In this document: in pieces, positions 48,026 to 59,579 of the stretch
Layout: every line of letters starts with the position of its first letter
Position numbering within the stretch: position 1 is the stretch's first letter
NCBI GenBank assembly: GCA_963775685.1
Contig: CAVZJV010000014.1
Coordinates: forward strand, 1 to 64,000
Reading direction: 5' to 3'
DNA: 64,000 bases
Source: Candidatus Bathyarchaeota archaeon
Lineage (GTDB): Archaea > Thermoproteota > Bathyarchaeia > Bathyarchaeales > Bathycorpusculaceae
Notes under the pieces: generated by a model
The model's input: only the letters and a program-made list of their open reading frames with translations
What the model was told of the DNA's origin: nothing
Database searches by the model: none
Translations under genes and position numbers: made by a program

Positions 48026-50665
48026 TTGTTTCTGTTCAATTATGACTTAATGGAGAAAAGAAAAATGCAAAATAAGAATAAAACTTTAGCTATTATGATT
48101 GCTTTACTTCTAACAATTTCGATGGCAACTACAATTGTACTAATACCAGAAACTAGCGCACATACGCCACCTTGGACTGTTCCAACATATGCATACATAA
48201 ATGTTGCACCTAACCCAATAGGCGTCGGACAGCAAGTATCCCTAAATGCTTGGCTTGACAAAGTACCACCAGGGGCAGTTGGCCAATGGGGTATGCGATG
48301 GGAGAACATGAAGATCGAAGTAACAAAGCCCGATGGAACAACTGAAACAAAAGGACCATATACTTCTGATCCTGTGGGAGGAGCTTGGGATTGGTATACA
48401 CCTACTCAACAGGGCACCTACAAGTTTGTGTTCAGTTTCCCAGGACAAGTAGCAGCGTCGAAAAATCCCTATCCTTATGGACCACAAGCAGGAACAGACT
48501 TCTACAATGACACTTACTTAGCAAGCACCAGCACACCGTTCTACCTAACTGTACAAGCTGACCCAATATCAACCGCTTATCCTGCCAATCCACTTCCAAC
48601 TGAGTACTGGACTCGTCCAATTAACTCAATGAACAGAGAATGGTCAACGATAGGCGGAAACTGGCTTGGACTTGCCTCAACACAATTTGGATACACTGGA
48701 ATGTACGCTAACACTGGAAACTTTGCTCCCTACACTACAGCACCCGACAGCGCTCACGTAGTATGGACAGAACCATATGCTTTCGGAGGACAAATTGGAG
48801 GCGAATCAGGCTCGCTTGACACAAGCATCTATAATACAGGAACTGCTTATGAAGCTAAATTTGGACCGGTAATTCTTAACGGCATACTTTATTACACTGA
48901 ATATCCAGGCGCTGCCAGTAATCCTACAGGCTTAAAAGCCTTAGACATACGCACTGGAGAAACCTTATGGGAAAAAGACATGACAAGTAATTGGCAAACA
49001 CTGAAATGTGGTATGATATACAACTTCATAACTGGTGACCAATACGGCGCACATGCCTACCTATTTACAGCAACAACAGCCCAAGGGTTCGTTAATACAC
49101 AAGAACCATCACGCTGGTCTATGTATGACGCTATGACTGGAGACTGGATACTAGATATTGCAAACGCAACAGCCGGAACGCTAGTAGTAGGTGATAACGG
49201 GGAAATCTTGAGCTACCGTGTTGCAGGGGGTCAGTTAAGCCTATGGAACATGAGTAAATGCATCGCAGTCGGATCGGGAAAGAATCTGACTTTTGCAAAC
49301 TATAGTCCTGCAGAAATCTGGAGACCCCCACAAGGAGCCACCATTAACTGGAATGACGGGTACGAATGGACAACGCCTATAGCAACAAACATAAGTGGAG
49401 TACCTATTAGTCCCTCTCTTGCTATTTCAGCTGTTTCTGATGGCGTAGTGCTTACAATTGGACAAGACACATCAACTCCTGGAAGATTCCAAACCGGATA
49501 TACTATATACGCAGGCTACAGTGCAGTTGACGGGCATCCAATTTTCGGTCCGAATAATTTAACACTTCCTGCATTCACTGGGACAGTATTGCGTTCTGGA
49601 GAAGGAGTTTACGCAGAATACAACAGGAACCTGATGTCATGGACCGGCTACGATATTCATACAGGCCTAAAGCTTTGGGGTCCGACTCAGTCTGCTAATA
49701 GCAGCTGGGCCTACTATGACTTCACTGCTCCAAGCATTATCGGCTATGGCAACCTATATAGTTGGGGCTTAGCTGGAGAAGTTTACTGCTATGACGTTAA
49801 AACAGGGGATCTAAAATGGTCTTACAACACGGGAAGTTCAGGTGTTGACAGTCCTTTTGGCTCATGGCCTTTAGGAACTTGGTGGCAACATCATATCTTA
49901 GCTGATGGCAAGCTTTATGTCCGCGCAGGTCACGACTACACGCCGCCAGTATTCAAAGGCGCAAAATTATACTGCTTGAATGCTACTACAGGTGAAGAAA
50001 TCTGGAGTTCTTTGAACTTTGGTGTTGTCGGAGGAGTTGCGGTTGCTGACGGCTACATGATTTGGCCAAATGGCTATGACAACCAACTGTATTGTTACGG
50101 ACAAGGACCAACCAAGCTTACTGTTACAGCACCGGCAGTCGGCGTTACAACCTCTGCTCCCATAACAATTAGCGGCACAATAACTGACATTTCTGCAGGC
50201 GCAAAGCAGCAAGCAGTAGCCGCAAACTTCCCCAATGGACTTCCATGTATATCTGACGACAGCATGAGCTCATTTATGGAAGCAGTCTACCAGCAACAGC
50301 AAATGCCACTTGATGCAAGCGGTGTTCCAATTTCCTTAAATGTTGTTGACGCAAACGGTAACTACAGAACAATTGGAACTGCAATAAGCAACATCTATGG
50401 AACCTACAGCTACACATGGACACCTGACATCTCAGGAGACTACACAGTAATCGCAAACTTCGCAGGCACGAACTCATATTATCCATCAACAGCCTCGACA
50501 GCATTCACTGCAAGCGAGCTATCTCAAACAACTGCGCCAACAGTTGCAACTCAATCAAACCTTGCAACCACAACAGATGTTATGATGTACATAGCCATCG
50601 CAGCAGTTGGAATAATCATCGCAATCGCCATAGTGGGTATTCTGATGCTTAGAAAGCGACCATAA
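48026..50665 (+). CDS. large PQQ-like beta-propeller surface protein
   Basis: HTPPW.VPTYA..VAPNPIGVGQ, PLPTEYWTRPI, C-terminal TM-RKRP; likely start 48047 or 48065. Confidence 0.92.
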   Translation: MFLFNYDLMEKRKMQNKNKTLAIMIALLLTISMATTIVLIPETSAHTPPWTVPTYAYINVAPNPIGVGQQVSLNAWLDKVPPGAVGQWGMRWENMKIEVTKPDGTTETKGPYTSDPVGGAWDWYTPTQQGTYKFVFSFPGQVAASKNPYPYGPQAGTDFYNDTYLASTSTPFYLTVQADPISTAYPANPLPTEYWTRPINSMNREWSTIGGNWLGLASTQFGYTGMYANTGNFAPYTTAPDSAHVVWTEPYAFGGQIGGESGSLDTSIYNTGTAYEAKFGPVILNGILYYTEYPGAASNPTGLKALDIRTGETLWEKDMTSNWQTLKCGMIYNFITGDQYGAHAYLFTATTAQGFVNTQEPSRWSMYDAMTGDWILDIANATAGTLVVGDNGEILSYRVAGGQLSLWNMSKCIAVGSGKNLTFANYSPAEIWRPPQGATINWNDGYEWTTPIATNISGVPISPSLAISAVSDGVVLTIGQDTSTPGRFQTGYTIYAGYSAVDGHPIFGPNNLTLPAFTGTVLRSGEGVYAEYNRNLMSWTGYDIHTGLKLWGPTQSANSSWAYYDFTAPSIIGYGNLYSWGLAGEVYCYDVKTGDLKWSYNTGSSGVDSPFGSWPLGTWWQHHILADGKLYVRAGHDYTPPVFKGAKLYCLNATTGEEIWSSLNFGVVGGVAVADGYMIWPNGYDNQLYCYGQGPTKLTVTAPAVGVTTSAPITISGTITDISAGAKQQAVAANFPNGLPCISDDSMSSFMEAVYQQQQMPLDASGVPISLNVVDANGNYRTIGTAISNIYGTYSYTWTPDISGDYTVIANFAGTNSYYPSTASTAFTASELSQTTAPTVATQSNLATTTDVMMYIAIAAVGIIIAIAIVGILMLRKRP

Positions 50666-50682
50666 AAAAGCCAAACAAACAA

Positions 50683-50706
50683 AAACTATCTTTCCCCTTT
50701 TTTAGT
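50683..50706 (+). terminator. oligo-T terminator (aaactatctttcccctttttag, shared with about 53770)
   Basis: Near-identical pyrimidine tract after both PQQ paralogs. Confidence 0.6.
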
Positions 50707-51151
50707 TACGAAAAAAATAGAAGAAAAATGGGCTGAGAAGGCTCTGAATAAAATCAAAGATGAAATATTCCCAATTATGTTGTGTTCTTTTCTCCCCTTG
50801 TCCCAGAAGCCTCAGCAAACCGTTCGAACAATATGAAAGAAGTAGTCAAGCAAAAAAGAAAAAGAATTGTAAGAAAACAAAGCAAGAAAATCGATTGAGG
50901 AAAAATCAAAAAACACTTGACCACAAAAGATGTCTATGACCGTTTTCTTTTTGGCTTGAGAGGCAGTTCAACCCAAAAAGCGACACTTCATTGTTCATGC
51001 TTGATTAAATCTATCATGCATCAGACACAACGATTTTTTCGATAAGGCCTTTAGTAGAAAACTATTTAAATTATCCAAAAAAACTATAACTAGTCGTGAA
51101 TAGCACTTTTAAGGCGCACTTTTCACGACTTAAATTCTTAGGAGAATAAAA

Positions 51152-53755
51152 ATGAAAAAATTAAACAAATTCTTTGCAATTGGCATTACAATGCTTTTTA
51201 TGCTCTCTTTACCCACTTCAATAATGCTTCTTCCAACCACTAGTGCACACACGCCTCCATGGCAAGTTCCAACCTATGCCTTTATGGTTGTTGCACCAAA
51301 CCCAATAGGAGTTGGACAACAGACAACTGTCGCATTCTGGCTTGATAAAGTTCCAATTGGAGCCGAAGGCCAATGGGGCTCAAGATGGCACAACATGAAA
51401 GTCACCGTAACAAAGCCTGACGGAACAAATGAAACGCTGGGAAGTTTCAACTCAGATGTTAACGGCGGAGCTTCAACACGATATACACCTACTGTCGCTG
51501 GAACGTACAAATTTTACATTGAATATCCAGGGCAAGTGGCTCTAAATGAGAATCCCTATCCTTTCGGTGCTGGCTTTGTTCCTCTTGGGCTTGATTACTT
51601 AAATGATACTTATCTGGCTAGCAGTGCAAGCGCAACGCTTACAGTTCAGCAAGATCCAATAAGCCTGACATATACACCTAATCCGCTTCCAACCAATTAC
51701 TGGACACGTCCAATAAGCTCAATGAATAGAGAATGGGCTTCAATCAGTGGTAATTGGCTTGGACTTGGAGCAACTAACTTTGGCGCAACGGGACTATATG
51801 CAAACAACGGCAATTATGATCCATACACAACAGCTCCCAATAGCGCCCACGTTATGTGGACTCTGCCAGAAGCTTTCGGCGGTCAAATTGGAGGAGAATT
51901 TGGAAGTTCCGAAACTGGTCTTTACGCTACAGGAACCGCTTATGAAACCAAGTTTGGCGCAGTTATTCTCAACGGAATCCTCTACTACACTGAATATCCA
52001 GGCGCTGGAAACAATCCGACAGGTTTGAAAGCTGTGAATATGCGAACTGGCGAAACTGTTTGGGAAAGAAATATCACCACACCACTAAAATGCGGAATGA
52101 TACTTAACTTCATAACAGGCGATCAATACGGAGGCCACGCCTACTTGTTCTGTGCACCTGCGACGATTGGATTCATTCCTTATCCGCCTGGAAGCAACTG
52201 GGAAATGTACGATGCTATGACTGGAGCTTGGATACTCAATATAGCCAACGTAAGCTCTGGAACGCTTGTTGAGGGTCCAAACGGCGAAATACTAAGTTAC
52301 ACTGCAGCAAACGGAATGTTGAACATGTGGAACTCAACCAAATGCATTGCAGCTGGATCTCAGAAAAACCTGTATTATTTGACCTATAGCTCTGCTGAAA
52401 TCTGGCGACCTCCCCAAGGAGCAACAATCGATTGGAATGACGGATACCAATGGAGTATACCCTTAGCCACCAATATTAGCGGTGTACCAATAATCCCTGG
52501 ACTAGCCGTATCTAAAGTTACAGATGATGTAGTGCTGACAACCGCAATCCCAGGAGGAATATTCACAGGACCACCTGGAGGCGCTCAATTGGGGTATGAA
52601 ATTGACGCTGGCTACAGTGCAAGCACAGGACAACTGCTATGGGGACCAGTGAACAGAACACTAACACCCTTTACCACTGTTGTCATACAGGCAGGTGAAG
52701 GCAAATACGCTGAATACTCTCAACAGACTATGACCTGGACTGGTTATGACATAACGACAGGCGAGAAACTATGGACAACTCCATCAGAAAACAGTTCATG
52801 GGGTTACTATGATTTCAGCGGCAACGGCGCATTTGGCAATGGCAACTTCTACACTTGGGGACTAGGCGGCGCAGTATATTGTTATGATGCTACAACTGGG
52901 ACCCTTAAGTGGTATTGGACATCAGGTAATGCTGGAATTGACACACCATATGGCACCTGGCCATTAGGTACTTGGTGGTCACACTACATTATTGCAGACG
53001 ATAAAATTTACGTAAGAGCTGGACACGACTATACGCCACCGGTGTTTAAAGGTGCAAAACTCTACTGCCTAAATGCTACAACTGGCGACTTAATCTGGGA
53101 TAGCTTAAGCTTTGATATTGGCAGCTCACCCGCTGTTGCTGACGGCTATATGGTTTGGTTTAACGGCTATGACAATCAAATATACTCCTATGGTAAAGGA
53201 CCAAGCAAATTGACAGTCACAGCCCCTAATATTGGTGTGACAACTTCAACAGCCATAACCATCAGCGGTACAATAACCGACATTTCCGCCGGCACAAACC
53301 AAAATGCAGTAGCAGCTAACTTCCCCAATGGTTTACCATGTGTATCTGATGCAAGCATGAGTCAATTCATGGAAACAGTATATCAGCAGCAACCAATGCC
53401 AACAAACGTTACCGGTGTTCCAGTGACCATAAACGTTATTGATTCAAATGGAAACTTTAGACAAATAGGAAGCACAACCAGCGACGTAAGTGGTACATTT
53501 GCATTAACTTGGACTCCTGATATCTCTGGCGACTTTACTGTGATTGCTAACTTTGCAGGTTCAGAATCATATTATCCGTCATCTGCTGAGGCACACTTTA
53601 ACGCTGCAAATCTAGCGCCAACCGCGGCGCCAGTTGCTACTGAAGCACCATCGATGGCTGACCAATACTTTGTTCCATCAGTTGTAGCCATAATCGTTGT
53701 CATCATCATAGTCGGCGTAGTGCTAGCATTGTTAATGCTCAGAAAACGACCATAA
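51152..53755 (+). CDS. large PQQ-like beta-propeller surface protein (tandem paralog)
   Basis: Collinear with 48026; AGGAG RBS. Confidence 0.93.
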   Translation: MKKLNKFFAIGITMLFMLSLPTSIMLLPTTSAHTPPWQVPTYAFMVVAPNPIGVGQQTTVAFWLDKVPIGAEGQWGSRWHNMKVTVTKPDGTNETLGSFNSDVNGGASTRYTPTVAGTYKFYIEYPGQVALNENPYPFGAGFVPLGLDYLNDTYLASSASATLTVQQDPISLTYTPNPLPTNYWTRPISSMNREWASISGNWLGLGATNFGATGLYANNGNYDPYTTAPNSAHVMWTLPEAFGGQIGGEFGSSETGLYATGTAYETKFGAVILNGILYYTEYPGAGNNPTGLKAVNMRTGETVWERNITTPLKCGMILNFITGDQYGGHAYLFCAPATIGFIPYPPGSNWEMYDAMTGAWILNIANVSSGTLVEGPNGEILSYTAANGMLNMWNSTKCIAAGSQKNLYYLTYSSAEIWRPPQGATIDWNDGYQWSIPLATNISGVPIIPGLAVSKVTDDVVLTTAIPGGIFTGPPGGAQLGYEIDAGYSASTGQLLWGPVNRTLTPFTTVVIQAGEGKYAEYSQQTMTWTGYDITTGEKLWTTPSENSSWGYYDFSGNGAFGNGNFYTWGLGGAVYCYDATTGTLKWYWTSGNAGIDTPYGTWPLGTWWSHYIIADDKIYVRAGHDYTPPVFKGAKLYCLNATTGDLIWDSLSFDIGSSPAVADGYMVWFNGYDNQIYSYGKGPSKLTVTAPNIGVTTSTAITISGTITDISAGTNQNAVAANFPNGLPCVSDASMSQFMETVYQQQPMPTNVTGVPVTINVIDSNGNFRQIGSTTSDVSGTFALTWTPDISGDFTVIANFAGSESYYPSSAEAHFNAANLAPTAAPVATEAPSMADQYFVPSVVAIIVVIIIVGVVLALLMLRKRP

Positions 53756-54230
53756 GAATGCCATACAAAAAACTATCTTTCCCCTTTTTTAGTTTTAAAA
53801 AGACATTTGAGAAAAAGATGTGAGGCTAAGGAAATTCCTTTGGGCAAGCATCAGTTCAAATTTCTTTATAACTTAAATTTCTCAACAACCTTCTTGTGCA
53901 GCGGAGAGTTGAGTAAAAGTGAAATGATGTTCTTTCTGGTTTTAATGAAACTTGGAGGTTAATTGTAAGGTAACATCATTTGAGTAACTCTGTTCTTAAA
54001 AAAAATAAGGCGGACTCCTCTTTTATCCTGGCGAAAAACCTGCTTCTCTGTTAGGAAGGGGCTTCGGTTTATGTGAGGATATTTTTGAGGTTATTTAGAT
54101 GTCCGCTGAATTGGATATGTAATTTCAAGAAAATAAACTGTTGTGGTTGCCTTAAAGCAGTAACATACCTTTATGTTTCGATGGTTTTGCTCTTTTTTTG
54201 GTTGATGGTCTATTATTTTGATGATGTGTT

Positions 54231-54548
54231 TTAGCTCCTTTTTTCCTTACCTGAATAGAAGCGGTCAATGATTTCATCCCTTCCTTTCTCTGTTAACTTC
54301 AACAAAACCTCTGAGCCACCCTTGGGGTCATTAACAACGCTCCAAGAGTCACCCTTCTGTAACTCTTTAAGAAAAGTTTCACGGTCCCCTTTAGGATCCA
54401 AATGGTCGAAAAGAGAAGAGAACCTAATCCCAATATGGCGTGCAAGTGTATATTTGACGGCGACCCTGTAAATCGGAGGGTTTTTCTCAAGAAACTCTAG
54501 TAGCTCTTCCTTAGGATTCTTTGCTTTGTAAACATTACTTTTTTCCAT
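54231..54548 (-). CDS. hypothetical protein
   Basis: GAGGT RBS, ATG start. Confidence 0.6.
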   Translation of the reverse strand: MEKSNVYKAKNPKEELLEFLEKNPPIYRVAVKYTLARHIGIRFSSLFDHLDPKGDRETFLKELQKGDSWSVVNDPKGGSEVLLKLTEKGRDEIIDRFYSGKEKRS

Positions 54549-54620
54549 TTGTGTTACCTCGCTTCTTCTCCTTTCTCTGCAGTCTTGATATTGATCTTTA
54601 TCGGCTAGCTTGATGGAATG

Positions 54621-55205
54621 TTACAGTTTTTCAGGAGGCATCCAAACGGTTTTGCCGTTCACTATCTCCCGCTCGGAGGGTAAAGGATAGGGCAAGCCTA
54701 AGGCTTTAAACACGCCCTGCTCGTTTTCTCCAGCGACTGCCACGCCGTCTTTGATTAGACCTTCACTGTATTTGAGCCGCATACCTTTTGATAACGCATG
54801 CCCAGCCAGCCACATGTTGTGGTCAGCTGAACCAGTACGGACTAACAGGTGAATTCCGAAGGTTGATGGTTTAGCTCTGTAGAAATCAACTTGAAAGAGG
54901 CCTTCCTGGCAGGGTATATAGGCTTTAATTACGCTGTTACCAGCACAGCTGGGTTTAGCTTTTAGTTGCTTGAGTTTTTCATTAATCTTCAGCCAATCCG
55001 TGTCGCTTTTTGAAACAACCACGAAGTCAATATCGTGTACCTTGGTTTTTTGTCGTCTTATGCTGCCTGCAACTTCAATCAAATCGCACAGAGTTTCCAC
55101 TGATGCTTTTACTTGGGCTGCTATTGTTTCGGCTTCAGATAAGTTTAATTCAGCGACAATCTTTATTGCGTCTTGAGGAAATAATGTGGACTGTTTTTTC
55201 ATCAT
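54621..55205 (-). CDS. minimal DNA polymerase X (palm and thumb only)
   Basis: AGSIRR...HDIDFV, QVDF, RTGSADHN, E..VFKALGLPY...RE. Confidence 0.88.
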   Translation of the reverse strand: MMKKQSTLFPQDAIKIVAELNLSEAETIAAQVKASVETLCDLIEVAGSIRRQKTKVHDIDFVVVSKSDTDWLKINEKLKQLKAKPSCAGNSVIKAYIPCQEGLFQVDFYRAKPSTFGIHLLVRTGSADHNMWLAGHALSKGMRLKYSEGLIKDGVAVAGENEQGVFKALGLPYPLPSEREIVNGKTVWMPPEKL

Positions 55206-55429
55206 GTTTATTCACTTACTGTTGAGGTTCCCTATTAGGTTCCGCTGAAGAGCAGTTCGGTTAGTTTTTGTCGGCCTTTTTCTGTTAGGGCACAAGAGGC
55301 TCCTCATCTATCGATGGGTCAAAGATTATCTTTACTAAGCCATGTTGCTGCAGTTTCCCTAAAAGCGGAGTAATTTCGAATGCCCTCTTGAATCCATGGT
55401 TTATTTTGGATAGCCTAATTCCTCGCTCC

Positions 55430-55691
55430 ATTTTACTGCAACAACATATTTTGAAGTTTGAGTTCAAGCTTCCGTGTTCTTTTTTGTTGTCTATAGAAGA
55501 ATACTCATTACCATTGGTTCGAAGATTATTGGGTTTGTAGTATTGCTGCTTTCTGAGGCAAAAGTCCTGTACATATTCATCATCTCGTCGAATGCTTCCA
55601 GATCTTTATCTCTCCTCGATGCTTTCTAAAACCCTACACGTACCAATCTCACTTCCAACGCCACCCTAAAAGACTCAACAGACTTACACAT
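55430..55691 (-). pseudogene. degraded small gene (MxKSVESFRVALE...EAFDEMM...NPIIFEPMVMSIL)
   Basis: 5' part is repeated at about 56176-56214 (MGKTVESFRMALEEEINRW). Confidence 0.45.
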
Positions 55692-55694
55692 CAA

Positions 55695-56045
55695 CTAAGC
55701 TTCTGTTAGGCTTTGAATTTTGGAGTTTTCGGCGTCTTCCTTTTCTTGGCTTGCCTCATGTTTTGGGTGTATCTTATGCTTTCTGTTTAGTTCCTCCATT
55801 AACCAGCGTGCTGCTCCTCTCAAAAAATCCTCTTTGGTCAAATAACCCAACTGTTTGTTGCTCTTAACAAACTCCTCAACTTCTGTTAGAAGGCCAGGCG
55901 GCAAAATTACGGACCGGTGAATAAGCGCCTCTATCGCGTCTCCGTATGTTTTCATTTGGCATGATTCTGCTATCAGCTCTCCAACAATAGGTACCAATTC
56001 TGCATGAATTTGATCTGACACTTTTACTGCTTTCACTTGCATCAT
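55695..56045 (-). CDS. RHH regulator
   Basis: Homolog of 39135..39555. Confidence 0.8.
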   Translation of the reverse strand: MMQVKAVKVSDQIHAELVPIVGELIAESCQMKTYGDAIEALIHRSVILPPGLLTEVEEFVKSNKQLGYLTKEDFLRGAARWLMEELNRKHKIHPKHEASQEKEDAENSKIQSLTEA

Positions 56046-56402
56046 CTCGAGATTTACACTCTACGCTCTAACAGCTTAAATAGAAGCTGAAGAAACGTAC
56101 GTTGCGAGTAGGGGAGAGAGTTGATTAAAAATGAAGTTCAATCCGCTATAGCACCTCCAGCGGTTAATCTCTTCCTCCAATGCCATCCTGAAAGATTCAA
56201 CAGTCTTACCCATAATTATCAAGCCTCAAAACAACTTTAGCAAATTGCTTCCATAGCTAATCCCTCGGAGCACATGCATCAGATCAAGTACAAAATAAAA
56301 CAAACTCTCAAACGACTTAGCAAGAAATAGAGAGTAATCAAGGAAGCAATTAACAAATGGTATTATGTTGCAAACATTAGTGTTTTGGTAATTATTATGG
56401 AA

Positions 56403-57089
56403 TTAGCTAAGAACGCCTACTTGTTTTAATTTTCCAAATACTTCATTCCCGTGCGGCGCAGATTTAATGTCCTTTGTGAGGTCCTTACCTGCATTGTGAG
56501 CGCCCATATGATAGCCAGTCTGCCATAAGCTGCTGTTTGAAGAATCGTAAACTTTTCCTTCAAACGCAAAGTAAACTGGTTTTCCTCCCGATCCGTTGTA
56601 TTGTTTGAGTTCTTCTAAAGTGAACTTTTTGAGCTCTTGTCCCGAAACGCTAACATTCTTACTCGAGTTGTTAACTATTGTCTGAAGCTCCGCAAGACGC
56701 GTTTGGAGTGTTTTGAGTAATTCTTTCCTCAGCTCCTCATCAGAAAGCCCTGAGGAAATTTTGTCTATCCTCAATGCTAATTCTTGATCACCTAAAGTGG
56801 TTTGCACCCAATTTTGGAAATCACGACGCTGAAAATGAAATTTAACAGACTGCAAATCTATAGTTCTGAGCTCTATGTAAAAACTGAATAAGTTAATTGC
56901 GGTTTCCAAAGTAAACTTGCCCTCTTCTGTAGCAAAATGAAATCCTTGGTCAAAAGATACGGAACGTAAGATTTTTTCAGCTCCATCATTCTCGATTGAT
57001 GTCTTCTGAGTTTTGTTTAATTGCATAATAAAGCCTATCGTTAAGGTGTTGCAAAGGATGCCTAAATGTCTATGTGATAGCATATTCAC
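56403..57089 (-). CDS. DUF5752-like domain fused to a cytochrome b5-like heme-binding domain
   Basis: GFHF...FHFQRRDFQNWVQTTLGDQELA; FTLEELKQYNG...GKVYD...HMGAHNAGKDLT...APHG. Confidence 0.85.
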   Translation of the reverse strand: MNMLSHRHLGILCNTLTIGFIMQLNKTQKTSIENDGAEKILRSVSFDQGFHFATEEGKFTLETAINLFSFYIELRTIDLQSVKFHFQRRDFQNWVQTTLGDQELALRIDKISSGLSDEELRKELLKTLQTRLAELQTIVNNSSKNVSVSGQELKKFTLEELKQYNGSGGKPVYFAFEGKVYDSSNSSLWQTGYHMGAHNAGKDLTKDIKSAPHGNEVFGKLKQVGVLS

Positions 57090-57353
57090 AACAACAAAAT
57101 CGTCATCTGGGTTTTTACTTCCTGACTTCAGGATTGCAGCGATATTGGTATTCTTTGTGACAGGGTTTTTTGTGGAGAGGTATAGCTTTCTTGTTAGTTA
57201 CTCTGCATATTATATGGGTGAGTCCACCAAGCTCTTGCAAAGTCACTCTAGTTAAACTCTCCTCTGTATCTCACAGTGGATGAGTAATAATCTTCCCCAC
57301 TTAAGTGATAAGGATCGCGTTATCTCTGAAATATTCCAGGGTTTTTCTTTTAA

Positions 57354-57581
57354 TCAAGTTTCAGCGGATTTTCCAATAATACAGTAATATGTCTGCTTTA
57401 ATCCATATTTGATGGAGACTGGACATGCAGGGCAAGGGCAAGAAACACTTTTTACTGGTTCTTTCGCTTTTCCTCTGGCACAGAAAAGTGTTCCAGTTAG
57501 GTTCGAGTTCGTGTAAGTTGGACAAGCTGGGCATATGCAGCTTTTTTGGTTTTCTTCATTATCTGGTATTGAAATTGTCAT
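57354..57581 (-). CDS. DUF2769-like Cys-rich protein
   Basis: CICPACPTY...LFCARGK...CPCPACPV...YYC. Confidence 0.85.
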   Translation of the reverse strand: MTISIPDNEENQKSCICPACPTYTNSNLTGTLFCARGKAKEPVKSVSCPCPACPVSIKYGLKQTYYCIIGKSAET

Positions 57582-57607
57582 ATTAATTTCTCAAGTTTCT
57601 TTTTTTG

Positions 57608-57955
57608 CTATGAACACTCTCTGAAGGTATATTTGCATTTTGTGCATCTTAGGAATTGAGTTGATGATTCGTCGGCGCCTCTTGTCTGGACTTGCCACGC
57701 ATAAGCATTTTTATTTCCACATTTTGAACATGTCACCTTAATGGTAGGTAGAGTGCTTAACTGAAGTGCTTTGTCTATTACTGAAACCAGCTGTTTGGGA
57801 CTGTGTTTTATGACTTTGCTGTAGATTTTAGTTTCACTTGATTGGTTTGTTTTTTGACCGCATTTGCTGCAGGCAAGTATGAGTATTGCTTGATGACCTG
57901 ACTTGACCTTTTTTGGTTCAAGACGGGATCCGCATTCTTTACAAAAATCCATCAT
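57608..57955 (-). CDS. tfs: archaeal transcription factor S
   Basis: FCKECG...CSKCG...WQVQTRGADESSTQF.RCTKC.YTFRE. Confidence 0.92.
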   Translation of the reverse strand: MMDFCKECGSRLEPKKVKSGHQAILILACSKCGQKTNQSSETKIYSKVIKHSPKQLVSVIDKALQLSTLPTIKVTCSKCGNKNAYAWQVQTRGADESSTQFLRCTKCKYTFRECS

Positions 57956-58103
57956 TTCAACCCTTTCCAGACTAAAGCACCATGGAACAATAAATAATCA
58001 TGGTACTACACGCCGGACACAACAGAAGGGTAATTTTGGCAAAATTTTATATATCTTACAACCGCTAAATCATTAAAATAGTGGGCGTACAGAGGGGGAA
58101 CAC

Positions 58104-58322
58104 TTGAACAGACTTGAAGCGATGGCTATGTTGAAAGAGTTGGTGGCAAATAATTTAGTTGATCCTTCGTTTGTACATATTTGCGAAAGAAAGCCTAAAA
58201 ATTACCAGATTCAAATTAAATGTGATTATAATAGATTGGAAATAGAAGAGCATGCAAAAAAATACGGATTAACGATTGAAGAAGATAAAGAGAGAAAATA
58301 TTTACTGATTTTCAAGCCATAG
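58104..58322 (+). CDS. hypothetical protein
   Basis: GAGGGGG RBS; TATA-like element upstream. Confidence 0.65.
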   Translation: MNRLEAMAMLKELVANNLVDPSFVHICERKPKNYQIQIKCDYNRLEIEEHAKKYGLTIEEDKERKYLLIFKP

Positions 58323-58611
58323 AAAATGGCCTTTCCCAAAAATAAAAACCAGATTTCTTGTTTAGGGGGAGAAGGGGTGATTGAGTGGATTTAGCCGTGT
58401 GCCAACATCGGGCAAGATGAAAAGGGTAATTATGTCTTGCCTGATTTTGGCAGCCAGACCCGCCCAACAGTTTAAAGCACTATGTCTGATCACATATTAC
58501 CGATTGAAAATAATATAAAATAATGCTGTCACAAACTGAAACAACAAAAATTACAACGATCTATGGCAATTTTAAAAAAGGTCTATCCTCTTAAGAATAG
58601 TGAAGTTGTTT

Positions 58612-59579
58612 ATGCGTTTTTATAAGCCGATGCTTGCCAAATCTGTTCCAAAGCCTTTTTCTGGTAAGATTGGATTTTTGAGATAAAGTGGGATGGTTTT
58701 CGAGCGATAGCTTACGTGGACGACTTCTTCACGATCCAAAGCCGAAATGCAAAAGAACTCAAAACCTTCTTTCCCGAACTAGAGGAACTTAGGCAGCTTG
58801 CAAAGAATGTGGTTGTTGACGGCGAAATCGTCACCATGAAACAAGGAAAAGTAGACTTCCACTCACTCCAAGAAAGAGGTCACGTAATTTCGGCAAGAGA
58901 AGTCGAGGGTTTGCGGCAAAAGTCGCCAGCCACTTTCATACTTTTTGACATCCTAGAGAAAAAAGGTCAGCCTCTAATTGACTTACCATTAATAGAAAGA
59001 AAAGTCATCCTAAAAGAGTCAGTCAAGGAAGGCTCCCACATAATCATCAACGACTATGTCGAGGATAAAGGCGAACAATACTATCAAGTAATCTTGCAGC
59101 AAGACTTGGAGGGGATGGTTGCCAAACGCAAGGACAGCCTATATGAACTAGGCCTCAGGACGGGCAGTTGGTTAAAAATTAAGAACATTAAAAGTTGCGA
59201 CTGCGTAATCTTTGGGTATTCAAAGGGCGAGGGTGCTCGAGAGTCAACTTTTGGCGCTTTAGTCGTTGGCCTTTACGATAAAGAGGGAAAACCAGTCTAC
59301 ATTGCTCACGTTGGCACTGGGTTCACCCAACAATTACTCGAGGATCTTATGAGAGATTTCAAAAAACTCAAACGATCTTTGGCACCTTTTATCGCTAGAG
59401 ACATGGAAGCAATAACGTGGATTGAGCCTAAGCTTGTCTGCGAAGTCATCTACCAAGTAGTTACGAGTGATTGCCGGTTAAGGATGCCGCGCTTACACGC
59501 TTTAAGAATCGATAAAGAACCTGGCGAATGCACCCTCGACCAAATAGAAGGCAAAGGCAAATGCTTTTCTGGCAGATGA
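58612..59579 (+). CDS. ATP-dependent DNA ligase (LigD ligase domain), frameshift near 58668
   Basis: YKPMLA...WIFEIKWDGFR; DGEI, FDIL, EGMVAK, WLKIK, VGTGF, W.EPKLVCEV. Confidence 0.88.

Noticed and set aside
48026-53755. Diversity-generating retroelement TR/VR pair
   Set aside because: Similarity spans whole genes (tandem paralogs), is not adenine-specific, and no reverse transcriptase is present
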